Positions 10,658 to 21,672 of a stretch of DNA of 64,000 bases are shown here, in pieces. The position numbers were made by a program, and so were the translations under genes. Numbering within the stretch: position 1 is the stretch's first letter; each line of letters begins with the position of its first letter. Below the pieces are notes generated by a model. The model was not told the DNA's origin, did not search any database, and saw only the letters and a list, made by a program, of their open reading frames with translations. Origin of the DNA: Nemertoderma westbladi (lineage: Eukaryota > Animalia > Xenacoelomorpha); NCBI GenBank assembly GCA_032718475.1, contig JAUCBJ010006410.1, forward strand, positions 16,443 to 80,442, in the 5' to 3' direction.

Positions 10658-11713
10658 ATGGATCTACCAATGGCGAACGCGGAACCTTTAGCGTTATCTT
10701 TATCCCTCCCGTGTTTTATCGGCAATTTAAAACTCCGATATGATCTGTGGAGATACTGTCGGAATAGACACCGACAGAAAGACAAACTCGCAAACTTCTA
10801 CACAAACAATATGTTGTTGTCTCTGACGTTGGATCTGGTTCTCGGACTGTCTATAGTAGCCTACCTCATCCACATGACATCAGCGCATAACGTGTACACC
10901 AGACTAGCCGACTCTATGGTCATGACTGGTTCCTTTATTGCCGAGAAACTAGACTCCTTATTGCGTTGGTTAATGGGATCGCCTGTAGGCCTGAAACTCA
11001 ATACGCCCCTGGCGGATATCCTCGGTACTTTCTTCCTGTACCACGTCCGACTGTGGCACTCGTGGCTCCTCGTGCTTTCACCCCATCTCCCGGGCATCCT
11101 CACCGCTCTCTCCCTCACCGGCTGTCTCGGTATCTCTACACTTCTATGCGCTGTACTAGACCTCGTATCGGTCATGTGTTTCCATGTTTCTTGCTTCTAT
11201 ATTTACGCTGCTAAGATTTACTCGGTAGGAGTGAAATCGCTTCTATCTTTGTCGCGATTATTTCGCGGTAAGAAATGGAACGTCCTGCGACAACGGGTAG
11301 ACAGTTGTGACTATTCCACCGACCAACTCTTCCTTGGAACTATCCTATTTACTATCATTCTGTTCCTAATGCCAACTATCACACTCAACTATGTAGTCTT
11401 CGCCGCGTTAAGATCTTCTCTCTTAGCCTTCCAGGGCGTGGCCCAGTACCTTATTGGCTGCATCCGTTACGCGCAGCTCTACACCGTCTACTGCTGGGCT
11501 CGTAATCACCCTGCGGTTGCAACGCGCTGTTACTACCGGGTTGAATCGGTGGACTCGAGTGGACGCCGCACGTTACGGAGATGCCTCTCGTCGCCACCGT
11601 TACGGGTTCTGTTAGAGAGAACTACTCCCATAACTGGCAGACCGCAGTCATTGGGCGGGATATTCAAAAAGATTCTGGTTGGCCATCTTTTATTTAAATG
11701 GGGCGCGAATTAA
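10658..11713 (+). CDS. PIGQ: GPI-GlcNAc transferase subunit PIG-Q / GPI1 (5' end may extend upstream)
   Basis: Gpi1 motifs LLRWLMGSPVGLKLN, SLSRLFRGKKWNVLRQRVDS, DQLFLGTILFTIILFLMPT; multiple hydrophobic segments; AATAAA near 11823. Confidence 0.93.
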   Translation: MDLPMANAEPLALSLSLPCFIGNLKLRYDLWRYCRNRHRQKDKLANFYTNNMLLSLTLDLVLGLSIVAYLIHMTSAHNVYTRLADSMVMTGSFIAEKLDSLLRWLMGSPVGLKLNTPLADILGTFFLYHVRLWHSWLLVLSPHLPGILTALSLTGCLGISTLLCAVLDLVSVMCFHVSCFYIYAAKIYSVGVKSLLSLSRLFRGKKWNVLRQRVDSCDYSTDQLFLGTILFTIILFLMPTITLNYVVFAALRSSLLAFQGVAQYLIGCIRYAQLYTVYCWARNHPAVATRCYYRVESVDSSGRRTLRRCLSSPPLRVLLERTTPITGRPQSLGGIFKKILVGHLLFKWGAN

Positions 11714-13039
11714 TGGGATTTAGTTCCTTGATGTAACAAATTTGAGTTAAACTTGCTGAAGTTCCATTAGTTAACTGATGGGATGGATTTAATTAACTAA
11801 TTAGTTAATGACTCAAATTCAAAATAAAAGCAATACAAGTCTTTTTGTTCGGTTTTAAAACTTTCTACAGCAAAACTCTCGTTGTCACTGTGAAGATTCA
11901 TATTCAAATATGTTTTAAAGACATGAAATTTCGTCAACAAATATTTGAATTAATACCCGAGCTAATGAAACATTCCAGATAATATTATTTATTGGATATT
12001 CAATCGACATCGATAGTGTCTAAATAATATTTCCAGAATGTTTTGTATTAATAAACGATACCCCATCAATAGATAATATTTAAACTGAGGAGATCAATCA
12101 CCTATTATTGGTTTAATAATTTAATTATTTCTGAACTTTTCAAACGCGAGAACAGTTTATATCCTCTACTTTAACATGTTATAAAAAATTCTGAAAGTAT
12201 ATTTCATTTCTGTAAAAAAGTAGCATCTCATTAATTGTGGTTTGAGTTTTGATTTTTATTCGTGGGTCATATTGATATTTAGAGAAAGATATAATATAAT
12301 ACAGTTTCTTGTTTTGTTTCCTATTATATTATTATAATTATTTATTACAGTTCCAATATCAGCTCAACCCTGATTCATTTTTAGTGTTTAAACGATATCC
12401 TGGGGAGAAATATAATCCCGGTCCCGACTTTTTTTTGGAACGTGATCCCGAAGTATAAATAGTGAAGTAAATTAGTTGAATATCCGATAAATAGCTGCAG
12501 CAGAAGGAAATTTAGTGATTATACAGAATTCATATGTCAGTAAACCATCTTAGTAAACAACTATAAATTAATTCTACTCATATAATTTTATGTTACTAAT
12601 ATTTCGGCAGTGTGATTGTAATGTTGCCAAAAACTCGTTTTATTCCCGAGAGTGATAAGCCCAATCCCGAAATGTCTGACCCCGTTCTGATACTAGTAGT
12701 TAATTTATAGGAAAATATAGATGTCAATGACAGTTTCAATTTAAATTTAAGAACAAACAGATTTATCTTTTTATTTTTTTTACAAAAATTTAGTTATAAA
12801 CTATTCCACGTGTTATGAAATTTAAGGATTATTTTCATTATTTATTGTTCATCATTTCGTTTAAGGGGGGGGGGGGGGTAGTCTAATTTGGGCCAAAAAA
12901 TTGAAATTTTTAAATATATCCTATCTGCATCAGAATATAATGGTGATTCCAAATCTAAAAACAGTTTTTCCATATCTTGTTATGTTTACGAGATATTATG
13001 TACGTAATGTGAAGTACGGATAGTTTCACATGTACAGTA

Positions 13040-13178
13040 GTTGAGTAAGCTGAATTTGCGTTTCACAGATAGTTGAGTAGACTGAATTTGCGTTTCACAG
13101 ATAGTTGAGTAGACTGAATTTGCGTTTCACAGATAGTTGAGTAGACTGAATTTGCGTTTCACAGATAGTTGAGTAGAT
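13040..13178. repeat. 32-bp tandem repeat, about 4 copies
   Basis: AGTTGAGTAGACTGAATTTGCGTTTCACAGAT repeated head to tail. Confidence 0.9.
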
Positions 13179-13390
13179 AAAATCATATTTGTGTCAACTT
13201 TAATATATTTTAGAGGTGAGTTTTGAATTAAGGACCCCTGTTTTGTGCATATAGCAAGTATTGGTGTTCTACTCATTGCAGAATCCATTATGTGACTATA
13301 ATTTAGTTGTTCGATAAAGAATCAAAGCGCGATATTTCTGTCTTACACTAAATCGAATATTCCCGTCAATGATTTTTTTGCTATTAGCGT

Positions 13391-15012
13391 GTCTTAAAAA
13401 AGTTTCACACTTTTCATTTTTTATCGTGCAGAGCTCATTCAGGCCTCATTTTAAGGGGAATTATCAGGAGAACAAATGTTAATATATTTTACAGATATTT
13501 TCAAGATACTACTACTACTACTAGGATCGGCATGCTGCATTGCAGCTGCATTTTTAAGAAAGCTGTGCCGGCTTATCGACAAAATTGCACCGCCACAACT
13601 ACCTATCACCCATGACATTTGCTAGATCATCCACATCTTCAAGGCCAGTGTCCTTTAAGATGCGTCTCAAGAAAGTCATGGGCTGTCCACCATGCTTATT
13701 CACTCCATGAGGCTGCCAAAGTACAAGATTATGCACTGGCTGGTCCTCACGGCGAAAGCAATGTCCTGCAAAGCGGAGGCGATTTTGTTCTAGTGTCAAG
13801 CTTGGGGGAACCAATGAGACACCTCCAATGTTATATAGTGTCTGGTTGGAGATGTGTGCATTGAACTTGACACAATGAACCCGGCGTAGCATTCTTGTGA
13901 ATGTGCCGTCCAGAGATTTGGTGTCCTCACCAGTTAGAGCCCAGCATGGACTCTCATAGAGGAGTACTGGAACTACTGCTGCTCTAAATAACCGGACCTT
14001 AAGTTTCCGATTAATTCTCGGTGACTTCCAAATCCTGGAAAGCCTATTCAATGCTGCCCATGCCTTTCCCTTACGTATTCGAAGGTCCTCACGTGACTTC
14101 CGGATCCATGATCCCAGGTAACAGAAGTCATCGACATGCTCAAGCATACCATCTTTTGAGCTTATGCTCATCCGATCAGAGACTTGCTGAGGACTTTCAA
14201 AGTTAACTGTCAAAGTTTTGGTCTTTCTGGAGTTAATAAAAAGACCAACACTAGAAGCAGCATGTTCTAATGAGCTGATGAGCCGTTGGGCTCCCTCTAG
14301 TGATTCTGAGAGTACTCCTAAGTCATCAGCAAAGTCTAGATCAGTTAGGTACTTGGCAGGATTTCCTCGACTTCTGGAGCCAGTAGGTGGAGTTATCATC
14401 ACCCCATCATCATTATGATGATCTAAGGACATGCGTAGAACATAGTCAACAACAATTATGAACAAGAATGAAGCAAGTGTGTCTCCCTTGAGGACGCCCC
14501 ATAACACTTCAAATGGTTCTGTGTCACCGTCAACAGTAGACACAAATGTTGTCGAACCATCGTATACTGATCTGATTGCTGCAATAATTTCATCAGGAAT
14601 CCCATATAATGAAAGTATGCTGAACATACGTGAGCGGGAGACTGAATCAAAGATAACAGCCAGATGCCTGTCTTTCTTTTTTGATAACTCTTCAATTATC
14701 CTCCTAAGTGCCAAAATGGGCTCCATGGTCCCACGACCTTTACGGAACCCATTCTGATTTCCACGGAGCAGTCTCTCAATGGGATCCTTGATGCGATTTA
14801 ATAGAATCCTATTGTATAGCTTCAAGATAGCTTACTAATTGACTGCAATGAAATATATCCAGAATTTGCGAATGCTTACCATTTAAATTATGGATAGCTC
14901 TACTTTGCATGAATCATTGGCTTTGACTTATACTAACATTTGTTCTCCTGAAAATTCCCTTTAAAATGAGCTCAGTACGATAAAAAATGAAGGGTGTGAA
15001 ACTTTTTAAGAC
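13391..15012. mobile_element. MITE with ~90-bp TIRs, interrupted by a LINE insertion
   Basis: GTCTTAAAAAAGTTTCACAC...CAGGAGAACAAATGTTA (13391-13481) is mirrored at ~14934-15012. Confidence 0.75.
13509..14820 (-). mobile_element. 5'-truncated non-LTR retrotransposon (RTE-like LINE); RT ORF 13599-14825
   Basis: RT motifs QNGFRKGR, GVLKGDTLASFLF, LDFADD, FCYLGS; 3' (TAG)n tail at 13509-13523; 9-bp TSD TTCAAGATA at 13500-13508 and 14821-14829. Confidence 0.92.
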
Positions 15013-15924
15013 TACTATATTTAAAACTATTCAGCTAGAATGAATTTCTGAATTTTCTGAATGAATTTCGCCAAATTGAAAATGAGTGAAAAAGGGGTGA
15101 TCTGCGCGAATTCGAAAAATTTTTTCAGTGTAGACACTCAATATGTAAGTTAAAGGCATTTAAATTTTATAATGTTAACGAACCAGATGTTGATTGTTGA
15201 TATCTATATACCATATGAAAGATTCAATCATATATATTATCAATTATAATATCAATATCAAGATATCAATATGTAAGTTTTTGGTATCAAATGAAAGCGA
15301 CTAGTGTGTGCAATAATGGAATTTGAACAGTTTTTTTTAATTTTGCAATTGTTCATCTGTTATAACATCTTTTACGAAAAAAACGTCCTTATAATTCAAA
15401 AATATAAATTTTGGATCTGGCCGTTAAGGGGCGTCAAAAATGTATTTTTTTGAAAATATTACAATTCAATATACTGTAGTGCACCCAAAATGTGTCTTAC
15501 ACTTTTTTCTACTTATTAGCTTTTTGATGCAATAGCATTTCAAAATGTTTACTTCCAAGTCAGTAACACCCCCCCCCCCCCCCCCCCCCCCCCTTAAGTC
15601 TAAAGCTTTATTAAAAATCCTTGCAATAACAACCCACTATTCAGTGCCTGAGCCAATATGTGCACTTTATTAAGTTGAACTTTACTTTATTTATCAATAT
15701 AGAAAGTACCAATATCAATATCATTATTGTACTGTAAACACACTGGGAACACTAGGACAGGCGTAGGCCTACACAATTCAACCAAAGTTGCTCTCTGTGG
15801 CTCTTTCACATGAAACCAACGAAAACTGGGAAATAATGTCCGAGTCGTCAACCCCATTGGGAACCGGATAAAAAGCATTATTTCAATGTGGGTTCCAATT
15901 GCATTCACTAATACCCCAGGTTAA

Positions 15925-16390
15925 AGGGCTCGCCCATGTGAAGAATACCAGGATTTCACTTTTCGGTCGACTTTCTATTGGAATTTTATATATGAAGATT
16001 TTTTTTTTTTTTTTAATTTATCTTTATTAAATGTTTTATAGCGCTTATTTCTGTCTTATAACCTGTACATACTAATTCGTTTATTGTTTTGGTTATATTC
16101 AGCCCTTTTGTAACCTGTGTTTTCGGTGAAAACCCGGTATTCTTCACATGGGGGTAACTGCAAAGTGAAATATAACGGCAGAAAGTCTGGTATTCTTCAC
16201 ATGGGCCAAAGGGCTGAATAGCCAAACCAATAAACGAATTAGTAGGCCTATCTGTACAGGTTATAAGATATAAATAAGCGCTATGATACACATTACTGTA
16301 TAAGGAGAAATTAAAAAAATACAAAATAATTATTCTTGTATAAATTAGAATAAAATATCGTCCGAAAAGTGAAAACCCGGTCTCACATGC
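15925..16390. mobile_element. Degenerate or nested MITE remnants
   Basis: CCCATGTGAAGAATACCAGG (~15932) has inverted copies at ~16133-16152, ~16187-16205 and ~16360-16389. Confidence 0.55.
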
Positions 16391-16669
16391 TTCATGTGGA
16401 AGCAATTGCTCGGGTCAGTATTGTCCCCGTTCCAATTGTCCTATATCCATTGCAGCTTATGTGGGGCATATCCAACGACAGAATGTACTTGAGATTAATT
16501 TGAATTATTGTTTATTGATTGTCAGCAAATACAATACAAACCCTTGTATCAGCCAAATGATGAGCTTCCTTACCAATTAGTTATTACTCTTTGTGTGTCT
16601 ACTACGGTACTTCCTATCCTTATTCGACTCTATTGCTTCCAATTATTCTTGTAAGTGCAAATGTCATTT

Positions 16670-16690
16670 TGTTTACTGTTGCCTAGCAAC
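16670..16690 (+). promoter_or_regulatory. Forkhead (TGTTTAC) plus RFX X-box (GTTGCCTAGCAAC) composite site
   Basis: Adjacent motifs about 230 bp upstream of the lebercilin ATG; RFX and FOXJ1 are established regulators of ciliary genes. Confidence 0.7.
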
Positions 16691-16920
16691 AAATGCCTGG
16701 CAAGTAATCAAACTGGGAGTGGGGATCGATATATAGCTCCAGTGTAACAAATTACAGAATAATAGAAAGGGATCTGACAAATTATCCTTTCAAATACTTA
16801 TTTCGACTCTATTTTACTCAAACATTTGATATATGTACTTTTTTACACTAAATTAAATTTATTTTAGTATTATATCAATAAAAGCTACTAGGATATAATT
16901 TTATTAACGCATAAATAAGT

Positions 16921-18723
16921 ATGAGTATTAAAACAGGTACGAAAGCGCGCCAAATTCAAAGTAATAGTAATGCAGGAAATATTAAGCGCTCCCGGCAGTT
17001 GCGTGAAGGGGCCGAGGTTGACAACTATAGCGAGGATAGTTTCAACTCAGAGGAGGAGTCTCTTTCTAAATCATCTCATCGTAGTCGGAGCAACGGTCCC
17101 CATGGTAACCGGCAACGTAGACGCGATCAGCGCGCCCCACCGGCCAGACACCCACCAGACACCGTGGCGCTCCACCGATTAATATCCGCAAAAGATAAAC
17201 AAATCCACAATCTCCGAGACAAAATGGATGTTTTGCTAGGCAACCTAGATTGCGAACAGGAGGAGGTACGAACGTTAAGGAGACTACAGTCGAGACATCA
17301 ACGGGCACTACAGAAGTATGAAGGGGAGTCGAGCGAGCTGGCGAGGCTGTTCCACGATCACGCGAGCGAAGTCGCAGCTCTCCGAGGCCAAATCAAAAAG
17401 TATAAGTCGCGGGATAGCGAGACAAACCGTAAATACAGTGCCCAGAATCTCGAGGTTCAGAGACTAATAGATAAAAACGAAGAGTTAAAGGCGTTAGTAG
17501 ATAACGATCAGCTAGAAGATAGAGACAAACTGCAATCGGCTGTTAATCATTTGGAAGAAATCATCATAGAGAAAGACAAACAGATAACACACTCTCAAAA
17601 GAATCTAGAACTGTCGCAGAAGAACACGCAGACAGAAGTAAACACCTGGAAGGCAAAGAACCGGCAGTTACAGAGGCAATGCGATGAACTGGAAAATGAA
17701 ATCCAACGTATGGAGCAATTACTTCGAGATAAGGAGAAGGAACTTAGTGTAAAAAATATTTATTCACAGAGGATAATAAAACCTCCAGTACGTTTACAGT
17801 CCAATTCCTCCTCGTCTGGGAATAATAAAGTGGTATCCACGGCAACAAAGTCAACAATGACAAATTTCGAAAGTAAAAGCGGTGATAATAATCAGTTGGA
17901 GGATGAAATACGTGAAGCAATAATGCAAGAGGAAATAAAGCGTAAGGATGCAGAAGTAAAACGTCAAAAAGGTGAGGAAATGAAACGTATGGAGGAAATA
18001 AAGCGCCAAGAAGAGGAAATAAAGCGCCTAGAAGAGGAGGAAATAAAGCGCCTAGAAGGGGAGGAAATAAAGCGCTTGGATGAAATAAAACGTATGGAGG
18101 AAATAAAGCGTCAACAAGAGAAGGAGATACAGCAGCGCAAAGAAGAGGAAGAAGAAAAGAACCGTAAAGATGAGGAATTAAGACTCCAAATCGAGCGTGA
18201 CAAGAAGCGTGAAGATGAAATAAACCATAAAGAGGAAGAAATAAAGCGCGTGAGTAACAGCAGGCAAAGTTCAGACGACCATTTAGCGATATTGGCTGAT
18301 TTAGATAGGCATCCTGAGGGTGGAAATAAAACTTTGGCAACTGATAAACAAATACAGGAGGGAGAAAGAAGGAAGAAAGATGCGCTACTGAAAGAAATGA
18401 TGGAAATCGATGATAAATTAGGAAGCGGAAGAGATCGGAAAGAATATACATTCCGTGATGCAGATGAGAACCTGCACGCTGGAAAAGCAAGTCATTCAAA
18501 AGAGGAGCACTCCTCTACAGTTGTAGGGAGATCTTCCAGGAAGAATTCTATAGAGCTAAGTTACAAACCCAATATGGAACATGGGAGGAACAATACACGG
18601 ATATTGAGACAGAGTTCCATATCAAATAACTCAATGAAATCTGTAAATAAATCTCCCCCAGGTACTTTACTACCTAGACGTTCCCTCACTAAACGTATTA
18701 GCTTAGAATCACTGGAATTATAG
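16921..18723 (+). CDS. LCA5: Lebercilin (LCA5/LCA5L family) ciliary coiled-coil protein
   Basis: HRLISAK..I..L, LRRLQSRHQRALQKYE...EL..L...H..EV.ALR, KEKELSVKNIYSQR and ENLHAG match remembered lebercilin motifs; EEIKR repeats in the middle. Confidence 0.88.
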   Translation: MSIKTGTKARQIQSNSNAGNIKRSRQLREGAEVDNYSEDSFNSEEESLSKSSHRSRSNGPHGNRQRRRDQRAPPARHPPDTVALHRLISAKDKQIHNLRDKMDVLLGNLDCEQEEVRTLRRLQSRHQRALQKYEGESSELARLFHDHASEVAALRGQIKKYKSRDSETNRKYSAQNLEVQRLIDKNEELKALVDNDQLEDRDKLQSAVNHLEEIIIEKDKQITHSQKNLELSQKNTQTEVNTWKAKNRQLQRQCDELENEIQRMEQLLRDKEKELSVKNIYSQRIIKPPVRLQSNSSSSGNNKVVSTATKSTMTNFESKSGDNNQLEDEIREAIMQEEIKRKDAEVKRQKGEEMKRMEEIKRQEEEIKRLEEEEIKRLEGEEIKRLDEIKRMEEIKRQQEKEIQQRKEEEEEKNRKDEELRLQIERDKKREDEINHKEEEIKRVSNSRQSSDDHLAILADLDRHPEGGNKTLATDKQIQEGERRKKDALLKEMMEIDDKLGSGRDRKEYTFRDADENLHAGKASHSKEEHSSTVVGRSSRKNSIELSYKPNMEHGRNNTRILRQSSISNNSMKSVNKSPPGTLLPRRSLTKRISLESLEL

Positions 18724-21672
18724 TGGTGAAGTGGAATTGGTTTTGTTTCATTCTTATGGAAATTTCACAGTTTACAATTTTTGTTGCTGATATTTTTAGT
18801 TAATCCAATATGAAACAAAGAAGCAGTAAAATTGGTGCAGAATATATTTATATATAGAGAGTTGACCTACATTACAGTACTGTATGACATTTTTTTTGAA
18901 GTAGGATTGATAATTTATGGTATCTGAATTCTGCCAAACAAAAAATATTTTAATTGTTTATGGTCGACCACTACTTAATTAATGGTCAAATCAATCACTT
19001 TGCCTTTTACTTTTTGATAATTATCTACCCTCTATCTACTATTTTGAAATATTATTACCCGCTACTGTATTATCCATTAAACAATATGGCTTATGCTATA
19101 CGTTTGAGCAAATAATTATGTTTTCTATAAAACGTTATTTCTTATAATTACTTAATAATCTTACTTATAATTGAATTTTACTTTGCAAAATAAATCCGGT
19201 GAAATTCGCGATCTATTTCACTATAGAGCCCCATCGTGCGATCCATTTCACTATAGAGCCCCATCGTGCTACCTGATTTTTCGTTGGTATGCCTACTGCT
19301 GTGAGTCACGCTAGGGGAAACTAAGGAAAGACCTCCAAGGTTGTATAGAGTCTGATTGGAGATGTTTTCATTGTAATTGACAAATCTGTATCAATCTGTA
19401 TAAACTCTTATGTACCATTACATTAATATGCAATATTTCTTATACAGTAGGCTATGAATATGAATGAAATAAATGAAACGAAATATGAATCTTTTAGTTT
19501 TCGTGCAATATCATTATTAATTTACTTGTTACTGTATGTTAATTTATCTATAGTAAATGCCTCACTCTTCACTATACAATGGCGAAATTGGATTAGGTTT
19601 TTATAATCTTGCCAGTGGGCAAAGTTGTCCTACAGTAATTTATGGATGACTACTGTACAAAACAAAGTCCCAAGACGCAAATAATAAAGACCTCCATAAT
19701 ATTGTAACATGTGTTAACTTTCGTTTATTGTTTTGGTTCCCCCAACACGCCTCTGTAAGCTCCTCCTTTACTAACCTGATCCTTAATTTAAATGGCTTGG
19801 TGGTTAATCCAAATTTTCATCTTTCCATTACAACTGTACAGTGTATTAACACTGTACAGTCTGACAGTGTACACGTACAGGTGTATTGTACACATGAATG
19901 TACAGTGTACAACTGCGACTGTAGTTTTGGTTTTGCACTGTTATGAAAAGAGCTACGCCAGTAGGCGTCATAGTGTAAAAATAATGTCCCATATTACAAG
20001 ATACAGAGTCGGTATCGTACTACAGTATCTTACTGTAGTCCGTCAATGCCAATTGATGGAAAGCTTTTACAGACTGACAGAGGCGGGTATTTTTTAACCA
20101 AAACAATAAACGACCCCGATACCAATTGCGTGAAAAGGAACAGGTTACAGATAGGCTTTTCTAACCAAAACAATAATACAGTAATACACGATATCATTAT
20201 ACCGATTGGAGGAAAGGAGCCGATGACTACAACTGTACAATGCTATTGAAAATTTATACTACAAAACTATAAGACCATAATTTTACGACAGCGCTACATA
20301 TATCTTAATACAGTAATACAGTATAATACGTATCGCGGGATTATGCTGTTTTGGGGCCTCAATAACCCCCAGGCAGGTTAGTAAAGGAGCGTTACGGTTA
20401 CAAGTTGAAACGAACCAAAACAATAAACGAGAGTTAGTAATATTGTAGAATATTTAATCATATCATACGTAATCATATTTAATTGAGAATCAAAATCGGC
20501 CTACTGGCTGACTGGAACTCCGAAAAGCCTGGAGGCCCCGGAACAGGATAGAGCCCGTATCGCAGTAACTGCTGTATAATTTTTTCTAGTTTATATGTTT
20601 TTCATAATGTGTAAATAAAGTAGCGACTGTTCTACCTACAGTACTATGATACCAAATACCGTTAGGTACTGATGGCCTAAGAGTACAGCAGTAGAGATAC
20701 CGATATGTCCCTGAAAATAAAATCGAAAAAAAACGGACAAAAAGTAAAAACACCACAATCTTCTTAGCAGCTATAGTATTCCTTCCTGTATTCAATCTGC
20801 AATGATAAAACAGTTGAATTTACCGCCAAAATATAGGTGACAGATCTGATTTGCCACCAAGGTGTCTGCCACCCTTTCGAGTCAGCCAGTACAAATTACA
20901 TATGTTTCAATCATTTGAATTTCCCGGGCTACAGGGCTATCTGGCTATGGAGCAGGTTGGCACCTTTTAGGGACTTGTTGCTGTCATGTCCCACATGTCA
21001 GCATCACAGCATATGATACCGGTATGTGGTGATATGTGCCCGACAGCCCCTATAGCTGGCATCTGGTAATGGCCAGCCAGTCCATAACTGGAGTACGAGT
21101 ACTGCACTTTTTAAATTTAAATGATTTATTGCAAGGTAAATAATATATTTAAAAAAAAAACATATAATAAAACCCACAGACCTAGGCTGCTAGGCCTACT
21201 GCTGTACTGTAGCTTTTTTCAACCTACAGACCTATCCCAGTATCCTGCTATCCTGTAAACCGCCTTACAAAATGTAGGTCGTACTCGTACAGTTAGAAGT
21301 TGTCCTCAGACTGATAAATAATAGGCCTGCCGGCTGGCTGGCTGGCCCGTAGTTTATTCTATTACCGTCCTTCCGTCCCGTCAGTCGTGAGGTCACACCG
21401 TCTGAATTATATTTAATACCGCAGTACCGGTCAGCCGGTACGCAGGTACGTTTGTGTAAATAGGCTCAGGTCATTTTCGATTATAATTTTTGTTGGCTCT
21501 GCACTACTGCACTATGGGCTATCCTATCTGGTATCCTAGCTTATTTCGTTAGCTGGATAGGATACGGTGTACGGCAGTACAGTACCGGTACCGGTACCGT
21601 ACGTATCGGCTTGTTTTATTGTAACGCCTTAATTCCCGTATTTTATTTCGATTTACAACTGTGAACTGTACA

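Larger units (their letters stand above)
12865..15593. mobile_element. Possible Kolobok-like non-autonomous element (TTAA|GGG...CCC|TTAA) hosting nested insertions
   Basis: TTAA at 12861-12864 followed by a G run; C run followed by TTAA at 15594-15597. The termini are homopolymers, so the pairing is tentative. Confidence 0.4.

Noticed and set aside
13040-13178. CRISPR-like appearance of the 32-bp repeat (also the 21-bp, 33-bp and GGAACAAAGTTCGCA arrays)
   Set aside because: Head-to-tail or irregular repeats without unique constant-length spacers; no cas genes; eukaryotic context.
13391-15012. Novel TIR transposon encoding reverse transcriptase
   Set aside because: The RT segment has its own TSD and tail, so it is a nested LINE insertion.
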